A stretch of 64,000 bases of DNA from Paramecium tetraurelia. Its lineage: Eukaryota. Position numbers and translations under genes: made by a program. Under the pieces are notes generated by a model, which saw nothing but the letters and a program-made list of their open reading frames with translations, was not told the origin of the DNA and did not search any database. Location: NCBI GenBank assembly GCA_000165425.1, contig CT868016.1:1-64000 (forward strand), read 5' to 3'. How positions within the stretch are numbered: position 1 is the first letter of the stretch; each line of letters starts with the position of its first letter. Shown piece after piece: positions 12,557-24,515 of the stretch.

Positions 12557-14125
12557 TCATTAATTTTATAATTCATAAACTGAATATCCTTTTGTATGGA
12601 AATCCCAAAAAACCAAATATTCTCCATTATCTGTCATTGTTCCATAAATATCTGAAGTATTGCAATTCAATTAATCTAATTTTTAAAACTACCCTTTTTA
12701 ATTTTCTCTAATTAAATATATATATGATTTATGTCGAACTACTATAAAATTCCTTTTCTCATTGTAAATTATTGGAAAGAAATATTCATCATAATCCTGA
12801 TAATTTGTAGCTAATTGAATTGTTTTACTTATGTTCTCCTAATAAACACCTTCTCTTTCTTCAAAATTATAAATCATGTTTATTCCTTAATCACCGGTTG
12901 TCCAAATAAATGAATTCTCGCTTATAAATCCAACTTTGAATCCTACATAATTAACTGATTATTTAACAAAATATTTAAATTCATACTTACCGTTTTTCTT
13001 TTTTTCCCAAATAATAATCTAATTCTTCTATTAAGCACATGATACTAATGAATTTTCTGATTTATTTAAACTTAATGAAATAACGTAATTTTTATGTTTA
13101 TCCAATGAATACAGATATTATAATTCATTCTTATCAAAATCAACTTTCCATACTTTTATTGAATAATCACTACCACCAGAAAAGAGTAGATCTTCATTCG
13201 AATTCATTATAATACACATAACCCAATCAATATGTTATTTATAAGGTTATGAACTAATCCATTCATTCTAGTTCAATTGTTTCCAACATCGTATTGTTTT
13301 GTCTCCAGCACCAGAAACAAATGAATTTTATTTCTTACTGTAACATAAACATTAAACCCAATTGCTATGTCCTTGCAAGGTCTATAATAACTCAAATTAT
13401 CCTTTTGTAAAGCTCCAAACATTTATATTCTGATATTCACTTGATATCATTATAGATCCAGATGAATTAAATGATATTGAATTACATTTTATACTTTATT
13501 TAGCAGATTACTAAATTAACTTGAATTTGATTTCATCTTCTAATGAATCTTTCTAATTTAGAATTTTCTTGAATTTCAGTCTTAATTCTCTAAATGAAAG
13601 CAAACCTTTATTTTCATTATATTAATTCAAGTTATTATATAACTTAGTCATCCAACTTCTATTAATAGTCTTAATTTTTTCTGTATTAGCAGCCTCACTA
13701 TTATTTTCTTTTTTAATATAATCATCCAATTCATCATAGAAGCTGTATTTATAGAATTTTTGCATCTATAATAATAATTCATCGCTCCAACCCTCTGCTA
13801 TTCCTATAAGGGAGTCAAAAAGATCCATAAATTACTACTTTAATTTTTGTGTAGAGTTGATACTTGATTATAACTATTGAACAGTTTTCATTGTTTGGTT
13901 TTCCAATTCCTTTATTTATGTTTCATATTTCTCCTCAATATTTTGAATGACTCTATGAATCCCGATAATCGTATATTCAGAATCTGAATATTCCATACAT
14001 AATCCACATAAAAATCTTTGTGTTTTTGTTAACTTTGGATCAAGTACAACTGAGCATATAGGTTAGTTGTGTTTGAATTAGCAATGGAACTCTGACTAAT
14101 TTTCTATAATAGTTAGTTTATTCAT
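12557..14125 (-). CDS. WD40-repeat protein with N-terminal CxxxH..CxxC motif and coiled coil (522 aa)
   Basis: MNKLTIIENQSEFHCQFKHNQPICSVVLDPKLTKTQRFLCGLC...; GHSNWVQCL, SGAGDKTIRCW, SGGSDYSIKVW; ends GTMTDNGEYLVFWD..YELQNQ*; length 3n. Confidence 0.9.
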
Positions 14126-15109
14126 TTAATTTATAAATCAATCGTGAATATTCTTATTTTAAACAATTACAATTAATTCTTAGATTTCTTTAAATTGTCT
14201 TTATACTTTCATCAGTTTCTTTATCCATACAACTTGAAGAATGCGAATTTTAAAAACTTTTTCAACATACTAATATATATACTAAATGATACCAATATAA
14301 AATTATTAAAACATTAGATAAAAAAGATAGATTCACTGTGTAAAATTTCAATTTTGTAATATTAAGATTTCATTAAATTTAAGTTGTATTAAAAATATTT
14401 TTTCATTTAAATAGAATTCGAATAGATAGACAATGTAGTTTAAAACATTTTAAGCTATCACATTTATGTATTCCAATGTTTTTATATGAGTCTACATCTT
14501 TTTATAGAAAAAACGAACTTACTGCTTTTGAAATAATGAATTTTCTTATTTATAAGCACTTAAAATAAAAAATGGTAAATTCATCTACTTTGGTTGAGTA
14601 ATGTAAATCATAATAATCACCAATAACCAAATACTCAAATATTAAAAAGATATTAGCAAGAAATTATAATTAACTTAATTAGTGTTTTGATGATTAATAT
14701 ATATTGTTGTTTGTTAAATTTAATTTGCTAAATTTTCAGTCATTAAGAGTTTATAAATTTATAGAATTACTAATAATTGTCAATTTATTTTTATTTGCTG
14801 TGTTAAATTTTAAAGAAATGTGACACATTTGGAGAGAAAACTGTAAAACTTTAAAAATTTCTAAATACCAAATTATTAGTTCATAACAATATTTTGATTG
14901 TATGTATGAATCTTTAATTTATTGACGATCAATAATAAGAGTAACTTCATATTGTATTTATCATAACTATATTGATGAAGTCATTGTTATTTCTATTTTT
15001 CTATAAAAACTATTAATAAACTAATTACGTAATATTAAACGTAATATAAACCTTATAAATTGACTAAAATTCTTCATTTTAATAATTATCTTTGAAGAAG
15101 TACATATCA

Positions 15110-15537
15110 ATGAAATCAGGATTAATCATTTTACTAGCTTTAATTCCTATCGTTGCCGCATTTGATGAAGGTTGTGCTTATTAGCAGTGCCCATAAGAGT
15201 ATAGCGCATGTATGCAAGAAGTTTTCGGGTGTGCTTCTTAAGAATAAGATTGTAAAAGCGAATGCGGTGAAACAGAACCATGCTTTTAATAATGTGTTTA
15301 TAAAGTAGGAAATAAAAAACTAATAAATTTGTACGTTATATTCAAATATTTAGATATGGTTGTTGGTAAGTATTTTGTTAAAGTACAACCATAAATATAC
15401 CTAAAGAAGATTGTAAAATAGAACAATGCATCTAGTATTTCGAATCAGAATGCTTTTCAACAAAAAATATGAAGTCAATTCCATGCATGATTGAATTTTC
15501 TTAAAGACATCCTGAGTGTGAATGTTTAAATTAATGA
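15110..15537 (+). CDS. Small secreted cysteine-rich protein (134 aa), one 23-nt intron (15331-15353)
   Basis: MKSGLIILLALIPIVAA signal peptide; FDEGCAYQQCPQEYSACMQEVFGC...; splicing GTAC..TTAG keeps frame to TGA 15535-15537. Confidence 0.85.
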
Positions 15538-16498
15538 TATTACTATAATGATGATATCATATCAAGAAATTAGAAAATTAATATTTTTTTAATTCTTCCC
15601 CTATTATATTGATGATAGAAAAATCTTACATCTTATTGTACAGTAGGATAGATTGAGTGCCAAAGATATCTTATTTCAAGATTATCAATCCTTTTAGAAT
15701 TGAAATGATACTCTTCATTAAAAGCGAATCAAGTATGAGTTTTGAAAAAATAAGTTAATAAATTTGTATTTTTGTAGCAAACTATTTAATTAATTTATTA
15801 TTTAGTCTATATTTCTCTATAAAAGCTAGTTAATTTATAATTAATTATTCATATAAATTTTTTCAAATAAATGAATTGATGCATCCATTCTTAGATGAGG
15901 ATGGCAAAGTTAGATTAAAAGTGTATAAATTTTACTTACAAGGATTTTAGATGGATGTACTAGGTTCTTTAGATGTCTTGATTTGAGAGAATTTAATAGA
16001 AATTCCATCCTCTAACTATTTTTTATTCTGTATTCTACTACTATGGACTTAACATTTTATTAAATTAAATATACTTTAATCTCCAAAGTGATGAAATGCT
16101 TAAACTTAATATGATTTAAGGGTAAGGAAGCACCTTTAATAAAGTAAAAATTCCTTAAATCCTTTTGAAAAAATCTCTTTCTCTTTGGTTGGTTACATTA
16201 TTTTTACTGCTTATTAGATAATCTCGCATAAATAAAGGATTGCAAACAATAATATAATGACAATCTTTAAGAGTTTTTACTATTTGTAAATGATTTATAA
16301 ATCAGATAGGTAGACATGCGATATTTTTTAAAAATATGATATCTTTATTAAGGTGTATTAAAATATTTTAATACTCTAAACAATAAAGTATAGTTAAAAC
16401 CCTTTAATTAAAAAGTATATTAATTGAAAATGTGTAATATTTGAATCTAAAATTTAATTTCAAAGTAATTAAAATAAACTCATTTTAAATTTGAAAAA

Positions 16499-19415
16499 AT
16501 GCACAATTTCAACTAATATTGCCAAATACATACCAAATATTTAGTCAATAATATTTGCATAGATCCTAATGATCTCAAAAGAAAATATTGTAAAATTTGT
16601 CAATTTTATCATAATGCTGACCCTAGTTAATTCCTTTCCAGTTTTGAATTTTAAGAAAAATATATCATAGAATTAAGAAACAAAATAGAATAATATAAAA
16701 AATCTAATTAATCCAATCTTTCCAAATTTGATAATATTAGAAAGACTTTAGAGAGTCAGATTGAACGCATTTAAAAAAAGTTTGTTTAGGTGAAACAACA
16801 CATTTAGGATATTGAAATTAATCTCTCCAATTATGAGAATTTATTATTGAAATACTTTTCTCCTGATGAATTTTCATCTGGGGACTTGGACAAAATTGTT
16901 CATTTGAAAGATGGAAAAGAGTTAGATAAAGTTGAAGAAAAATTGAAATCACTTCAGAGCTAATTTGATGAAATTCAATCCTGTTTAATCTATAATTTAG
17001 AAAAAATCAACAGAAGTTTAAATTTCGATTTCAAAATAGCAGTCAATAAGGACGAAGTAAGAAGGAAAGTTATGGAATAACATACAAAAAAGATTTACAA
17101 ATATCTAGTTTGAAGTTGAAGTTTTTTCTGAGAAGTAGATCAAATATTTAGGAAATGATGGTTAAATTCTAAGAATGTATTATACTTACTTTATTATGAT
17201 AGACAAAATGATTTGGAGATCTCAACCTCACCTGAATTATTAAATAATTTAGAATAAATCAAATATTTTAAATGGATAGGAGATTATTGCAACAATATGA
17301 AAAGGATGGGTATGTGGAATGCATCTTGGAATAAAAAAGTACTCTCAAAAGTTGGAGGTTATTACAGCTATGGAGTTAAGCAAGGATTGTGGGGTTGGAC
17401 TGTGCCAAAGGTTTTTGCATGAAGTTATTATTAATTATTATGTAAGTCAAGCTTACATTCTTGAAATTGGAGAATATATAAATGACTTTAGAAAAGGAAA
17501 ATGGAGTTATGAGTTTGAAAAACAAAAGATGTATTTATAATTAAAATATCTTATAGTAAGGGAGGATTTTATAATTTGCACTCTTAAAAAAATGGAAAAT
17601 GGGTGGAGATCTAAGATGAATTTTATTATTATTCTCAAGTTACTTATGTTGGAGAATACTAAATTGATAAAAAAGTAGGCCTCTGGGAAACATGGTATAA
17701 AAACCATGTTAAAGATTAAAAGAATGTATAAATGTAAAATATTCACAATAAAATGCATATTTTTAGTGGAGGTGGATCATACAGTAATAATATTAAAGTA
17801 GGGAAATGGGTTGAATTGAGCGATGAATTTTATGAGTATTCATAAGTCACATTTAATGGCGAATATAAAAGTGGAAAAAAAATTGGGCGATGGGATATAT
17901 GGTATAAGAAGCGAGGAGATTAATAGAGCCAGTAAATGTAAAATATAAGAAAAAGGGTTAATAATTTTAGTGGTGGTGGATTATATGATGTAAGAAATGA
18001 GGGTACTAAGACTGGGTTTTGGATAGAGGTGAGCGATGGATTTTATGAGGATTCGTAGGTGATAAATAATGGTGAGTATAAAAATGGAAAGAAAGTTGGT
18101 AGATGGGATATGTTATATCGAAAGGGAGATAGAGATTAATGGAATAAAAGAGTGTAAGATATTCGATAAATAGGGTTAAATTGTAGGAGCGGAGGATCAT
18201 ATTGTAATGATACTAAAATTGGGGAATGGATTGAATTATGTGATGGTTTTAGGAACATTTCTTAAGCTACATACTGTGGTAAATATAAAAACGGAGGCAA
18301 AGTTGGCAGATGGGATATTTGGTATAAGGGATATGAAGGGGATCAAGAGAACCATAAAATGTAATAGTGAAAAATAAAGAGCATATATTTTAGTGGGGGT
18401 GGGTCATATAATGAAAGAGGCGATGAGATTAAGATTGGGTAATGGGTGGAACTGAGTGATGGATTTTATGAGTATTCATAAGTTACTTATTGTGGTTTAT
18501 ATGACTAAGGTAGAAAACTTGGTAGGTGGGATATTTGGTATAAGTAGCATGATGAAGATTAAATGAATTAATAAGTGTAAAATTTTACAATCTAACATTA
18601 TGTTTTTATAGGGGTGGAGGACAATATCATGATAGTATTAAGTATGGCATGTGGATCTTGAATTAAGTGAAAGTTTTAGAAAGATTTCTTAAGTCATTTT
18701 TAAAGGTGAATATAACTTTGGTTAAAAAATTCGTAGATGGTCAATATTGTATTTGGAGGAAGAAAAATACAAAAAGATGTAATATATTGATATGTTTTTA
18801 GAGGTGGTGGATCATATGAGAATGGCATTAAGGTTAGTAAATGGATTGAAGTGAGTGATGTATTTGGAGATAATTCTTAAATTACATTTAGAGGTGAATA
18901 CAAAAATGGTCACAAAATAGGTATTTGGGATATTTGGTATAGGAGATATATTGATGAGCCATATAAATTGATGTAGAATTATAAAAAATAAAGGCGATAT
19001 TTTCTAGAGGTGGAGGATTATATGATCAATTTAATAATGGAATTAAGACCGGATACTGGATAGAATTAAGTAATGGTTTTAAGGATTATTCACAAGTCAC
19101 TTATAGAGGCAAATATCAATGTAATAAAAAAATTGGTAAATGGGATATTTACTACCGATATAGCGTTAAGTTACCTTTTGAATTAATGTATAATCTAAAT
19201 AAAATAGAGCAAATATATTTAGTGGAGGAGGATTTTATGATGAAAGAAGCAATGGAATTAAGGTTGGTAAGTGGATAGAAATATCTGATGACTTTAAGGA
19301 TTTGAACTAAATTACTTATGTTGGAGAATATAAGGATGGTAAAAAAGTGGGTACTTGGTAGTAAATTGAAAGAAAGAAAAATGAATAAAGAGCTATAATA
19401 ACTTATAGTATATGA
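16499..19415 (+). CDS. MORN-variant-like repeat protein (GGGxY..KxGxWxELSDxF..YxGEYKNGKKVGRWDI repeats) with N-terminal CxxH..CxxC motif; frame disruptions, possibly a pseudogene
   Basis: MHNFNQYCQIHTKYLVNNICIDPNDLKRKYCKICQFYH; ~9 repeat exons separated by introns at 17531, 17734, 17938, 18154, 18361, 18577, 18779, 18973, 19188; frame problems near 17050, 17400 and 18657. Confidence 0.75.
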
Positions 19416-19878
19416 TTTGGGAAGCGGATGATCATAGAAAATTGTTATGAAAATGAATATATATATTTGTAAATAAGTTGTTGCCTTAAAATTTCATATG
19501 CAAAGCATTGTATTTTTAAATCCTGAAATTCTACTTTTTACTAGATTATTCTTAAAATTTTAGACCAAAATAAAATTACTGTTTTTTAGTCTTATTAGAA
19601 ATATAAAACAGTTTAAAAGAAAGGTAATAAAAGTGTTTTCATACTTTTGATCAAAAAATAATATATTTGAGAATATATTTTTCTAGATTTCTTCGAAACA
19701 GATTTATATTACAATAAGTTATTAATTTTTTTAAAGTTTGAAGGACTTGAAAAAAGTGAACTTATAATGAACAAGAGCAGCATTAATACATTATCCATTA
19801 ATATTGATAATAAAGATTGGAAATGAATTATGAATTACGAATTACCACTCAATTACCATAAACTTAAATTTCCTTCAT

Positions 19879-21522
19879 TCATTCATATAATAACTCATAA
19901 GATATTAGACTCTAAGTTGACATATCAAAGAAAATTAAAAATTTTCCATCATCAGACAGTATTCCTCTGCTTGCATGCTTTAAACAAACAATTTTGTCTA
20001 CAATTTCAAAGCCATTATCTTTGGTTTATCTAATAATATAAATAAACCCCTTTGATTTAGCAATAAGAATATTTTTCAATTTATTGTATAGAATTGGGAA
20101 ATTAATATATTCCTCACAATCATTATCTTTGATTAATTTTATTGTTTAAGCTTCAATTCGATTACAAGCTCCTTAATAAATTTAGTAAATAAAAAGGGAA
20201 TTTATTCGCTAATTAATTGGTAACAGACAGAAACAATTATCTTTCAAAAACTTGGCTTAGAACAGTGATTCTATCTTTTCATTACATAAATATTCCCATT
20301 TATTTTGTGATTATTGCTTCTACCATATTATGTATTCACAAGCACTGCAAGATATTAATAGATTTTCTGAATCATTAAAACTAAACGAAAAAATAGTAAT
20401 GGTTTTTGAATCTAAATTATAAAGAAATGTCAATTCATTATTTAAGTAATCCACACCCCACACATTTATATAAGGATCTTCACCTCCAGTAAATAATTGA
20501 TCTTCGGCTTTATTTAATATCATATTGTTAACCCAAAACTCATGTTTCAAATATAATTGTGATCTTCTCCACTCTTTCTCATTAACTTGCTTCCAGATAT
20601 ATATTCCTCCACCATTCAAACCTGTGATTAGGTGATTCCCCTGTCGACTTAATAAAATACTTCTAGGGGCTTTACCAACCTCAATAGTTGTTATATGATT
20701 TTGTTTTCCATTCTCAAAATACCAAACCATTATATTGTTTAAATAATCTGAGGTTATTAATAGATTTCCATCATTATTAAAAGCAGCTGGCATGCTCGAA
20801 TTCTTTTCCATTTTTAATGTTTGAATTGGTACTATTTTTACAATTCCACTAGATGGTTAGAGGTTTAACTATTTTTCTATATTTCGTATTTAAGTTTAAT
20901 AACTTCCCTAAATTTACTGTTATTATTATCGTTATAAAATGGATTTATCGAATTCTAAATTAATGTTAATTAGATTTAGTTTTAAATTCTCGCAATTCCT
21001 AATCAGCACTTCTTTGAAATCTAAATTTTTTATTTAATTAATAACATTATCAATATAATGCTAGTTAATTTAATTTAATTCTGAAAATAAATTTTGCTGA
21101 TTTTAAAATATCACCTAGTCATTTTTAATTATATTATCAATCTCATCAAATATGCTGAATTTGACATTTTAATAACCAAAGGATTGTAAATTTGAAACCC
21201 ATTGATTTGTAGACGAAACTACTTTGTCACACATTTAAATTAGTTTACTCTTAAATATACAAACATCTCTTTAAAGTTGTTCTATTTATCCTAAATTAGT
21301 GTTTAATAAGTTTTCTAGTATCTCGCTCTTTAATTACTAATTTTGTTCTATCACTTAAACAGTCGCATTATAATTCATTTTTTTTTCATTCGAATTTGTA
21401 CTCAACAAACATTGATAACATAGTAATCTCTCATTTTTATGCAACTATGAATCTAAACTGACTTTTTCTATTCTTTAATAGTGTTTCTAGTTGCAATTAA
21501 GGTTCAACTGTTTTTCAATCAT
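19879..21522 (-). CDS. WD40-repeat protein, paralog of 12557-14125 (547 aa; start could lie further upstream)
   Basis: MIEKQLNLNCNQKHYQRIEKVSLDSQLHKNERLLCYQC...; FTGGEDPYINVW; ends GILSDDGKFLIFFD..YELLYE*; length 3n. Confidence 0.88.
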
Positions 21523-22273
21523 CTGAGATTACAAAATCACTTTTTGGTAGACTATTTTGTTTTCTTAATTTGCCAAAAGTAGTTTCTATTCCTATCTTTT
21601 GTAGAGCCAGCAATTATCTAATAAGTACAAATACTTTAACATAAATTCTTTATAAACTAATTATCTGTCACAGTATAAAATATAAGTGACTTTAGAATAT
21701 AATTATTATAAACAAAATACATCAACTAATTTATGAATTCAAATTCATTTTAAGTAAAGAAAGTTTTGATATAAAATTTTAATATTTAGATCATTAGAAA
21801 CCAAATGAGATAATTCAGGAGCTTAATAAATATCTAATTATGAGTATAATCGATATTTACAATTTTAGAAACATAAAATATCTAAAAAATTCAATGAAGT
21901 AAATATTTATTAAGTACTCACCCTTACATTTTAGAATGATTAGTTAATAGGATTTTGATATTAATCATAATTTATATATTTTAACTTAAATGAAAATTTA
22001 TAAATTAACAATAACAACTTCCAAAAAATAGTTTTTATTATATTTAGAGAGTTCTGAAGGTTTAATTTCTAATAAATAAATATTTTACTATCATCCAATT
22101 TGAGATGAGTTGTCAAAATATATAAGAAAAATGTGCATAATTCAATTTTTCTTCAAGTAGAATAACTTTAAAACGAATAAAGTTTAACACAATTGGTTTG
22201 TCTTCTCAGTATTTAATTAAAATAAAATTTGATAATTTAAATAATTATATCATAATTATACATTTCAAAGAAT

Positions 22274-23845
22274 ATGCAAGTCTTATAGATGTCTGAAAAT
22301 TATAATGAATTAAAGTGCATAGAACACCATAATTAGGTAGTAACTACTATTCTGATTGATAGAAGTCGCAACAAAAACGAGAGGTTTTTATGTTAAGAAT
22401 GTTTTGATAATACACTTTAAGGTCTTAAGAGCATAAGTATAGTTGCTATGTAAAAGATCATTGAAGATAAATAAATGAAAAGGAGAGTTATGATAAATGA
22501 AATTGCTGATTAATATATTTCAATTATCTAATAATACAATCTCAATCTAGAAAATTTAAAGACTAAATTCACATCATCTATTGAAATGATGATAAATACA
22601 ACTTAAAATTGGATGAGAGAATTGAATTAAACAAAATAAGATTCTCGTATTTACAGCTTCTGTAATGAATTGGAGGATTATATTAGGAGTACAGAACAAT
22701 ATTTACATACTTTTTAGTTTGATTTTTTTGATAAAATTAATTTTTCGTAGTTAACTAAATTGAAAATAGGAATTAAATAATTAATTGAAGCAAATTACAC
22801 ACATCAATACAAAGTGTTATTTTAAAAACTGAGAGATATTAAGGATTAAAGAAAATAAGTTGAAAAATAAGAATGGTAACTTTCTAAGGATGGCAGTATT
22901 AAATTGGAGTAGATAAGCACCCCTATAAAGTAAGATAAGGATTGCTAAGCTTTGGCATTTAATGCTACAGGAAATATATTAGTAACAAGTAATGATAGAG
23001 AAATTATAATTTGGAATTTTAACAGGGGTGTTATGAGTTTTTGCTAAAAATAATAATTATCAAATATCATTAATTGCTTAGTATTTAGTAAATAATTGAA
23101 TGTTTTTATTTCTGGCTGCATTCAAATTATTTGTTGGAAAGAAAAATCAAGCAATTTTTGGGAAAAGTCAATATAATTTCAAGAAAAAGAAAAAAATGAA
23201 AAGGAAAATGAAAAAAAGAATAATGAAATTACCTGTCTTGTTCTGAATTCAAAGGAAGATCAAATCATTTATGGGAGCAGGAGTTAAATTATAAATATAT
23301 TGGCTGTTGACCTCCGAATCAATAAGTTAGAATTTTTATATTTCATCAAAATGAGTGAGGGTGGTTGGGTTTCTGCATTGAGTCTTAATCCTTCAGAAAA
23401 TCTACTATTATCTTGTGGGTATGGGAATAAAATAATGATATGGAAAAAACAAAAGGAAAATAAATGGGTACCAATGACTGAGCCCACTAAATATTAGGAT
23501 AAATATAAAGAAGATCCATGTAAAGCAATATTTGTGGAAGATGACGAATTTATATTATTTGATAGCCACAAACAATTTTATAGCTCATATAAATATTATT
23601 AAAAAGACAAAATTGTTAAACAAAATTATAAGCGTGATTTTACAGATTTATTCCAAAGTTTATTACTTTAATCATTTGACCTCAAACTAGAAAAAAACCT
23701 ATTATTTGCCCTTTCCAAAGACTGCATATATATATTAAGAAAAAAGAATAATGGATAATATAATATTGCTTTGGAAAACCATTACTAAACAAATGCTAAT
23801 ATATGGAACTTTGTCTAATAATGGTTAATATCTTGTAATGTTTGA
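22274..23845 (+). CDS. WD40-repeat protein, same family; last blade appears frameshifted
   Basis: MQVLQMSENYNELKCIEHHNQVVTTILIDRSRNKNERFLCQEC...; SCGYGNKIMIW; in-frame TGA at 23843 while the family terminal motif YGTLSNNGQYLVMFD lies in the +1 frame. Confidence 0.82.
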
Positions 23846-24515
23846 TAAAAACACATTATCATATAACACATATGAATTTATAAGATTTATGATATTATTA
23901 TTTAAAATTTATTTAAGTATAATAAAACAAGGAACTTAATTTATGATTATATTAAAATAAATTTATTTTATTTACAAAAGTAAGTTAATTTTACCACAAA
24001 AACTATTAATGCAAAAATTCTAATATAACAAAAATGAAGAGAAATTATGTCAATTTACTTTTTCCTATCTAAACCCAATTCAATATCATATTTTATATTA
24101 ATTAAAATCATCAATTAACACTCTCAAATTTGCTGTTATAATATTTATTTTTCTTTAAATTATCTGAAATTTATATTGAAACCAGTTGATTCTTCACATA
24201 ATTCGATAACTTCAGAAAAAATTACAAAATCCTTCTATAACTCTTCATATAGGAAAATGACTGTTTCCTTCTTAATGAGTTTGTATAAATGTAATTCAAA
24301 ATAAAATAATCGAATTATAGGTAAACAAATTGAATACATAACTTAAATACCTCTCTTGTAATAATAATTAATTGAAAATGAAAAGAAATATTATTCATTC
24401 TAAAATGCGATTTTATACCTTCTCTGGAGATGCAATATAATAAATAGAATGTAGAAGAATTCTATAATTTTTAATTCTAACATAAATTAACATTAATTTC
24501 TTTTATAAAATAACA

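Noticed and set aside
17531..19222. Regularly spaced repeats with spacers, superficially CRISPR-like
   Set aside because: Degenerate protein-coding repeats separated by GT..AG introns in a eukaryotic gene
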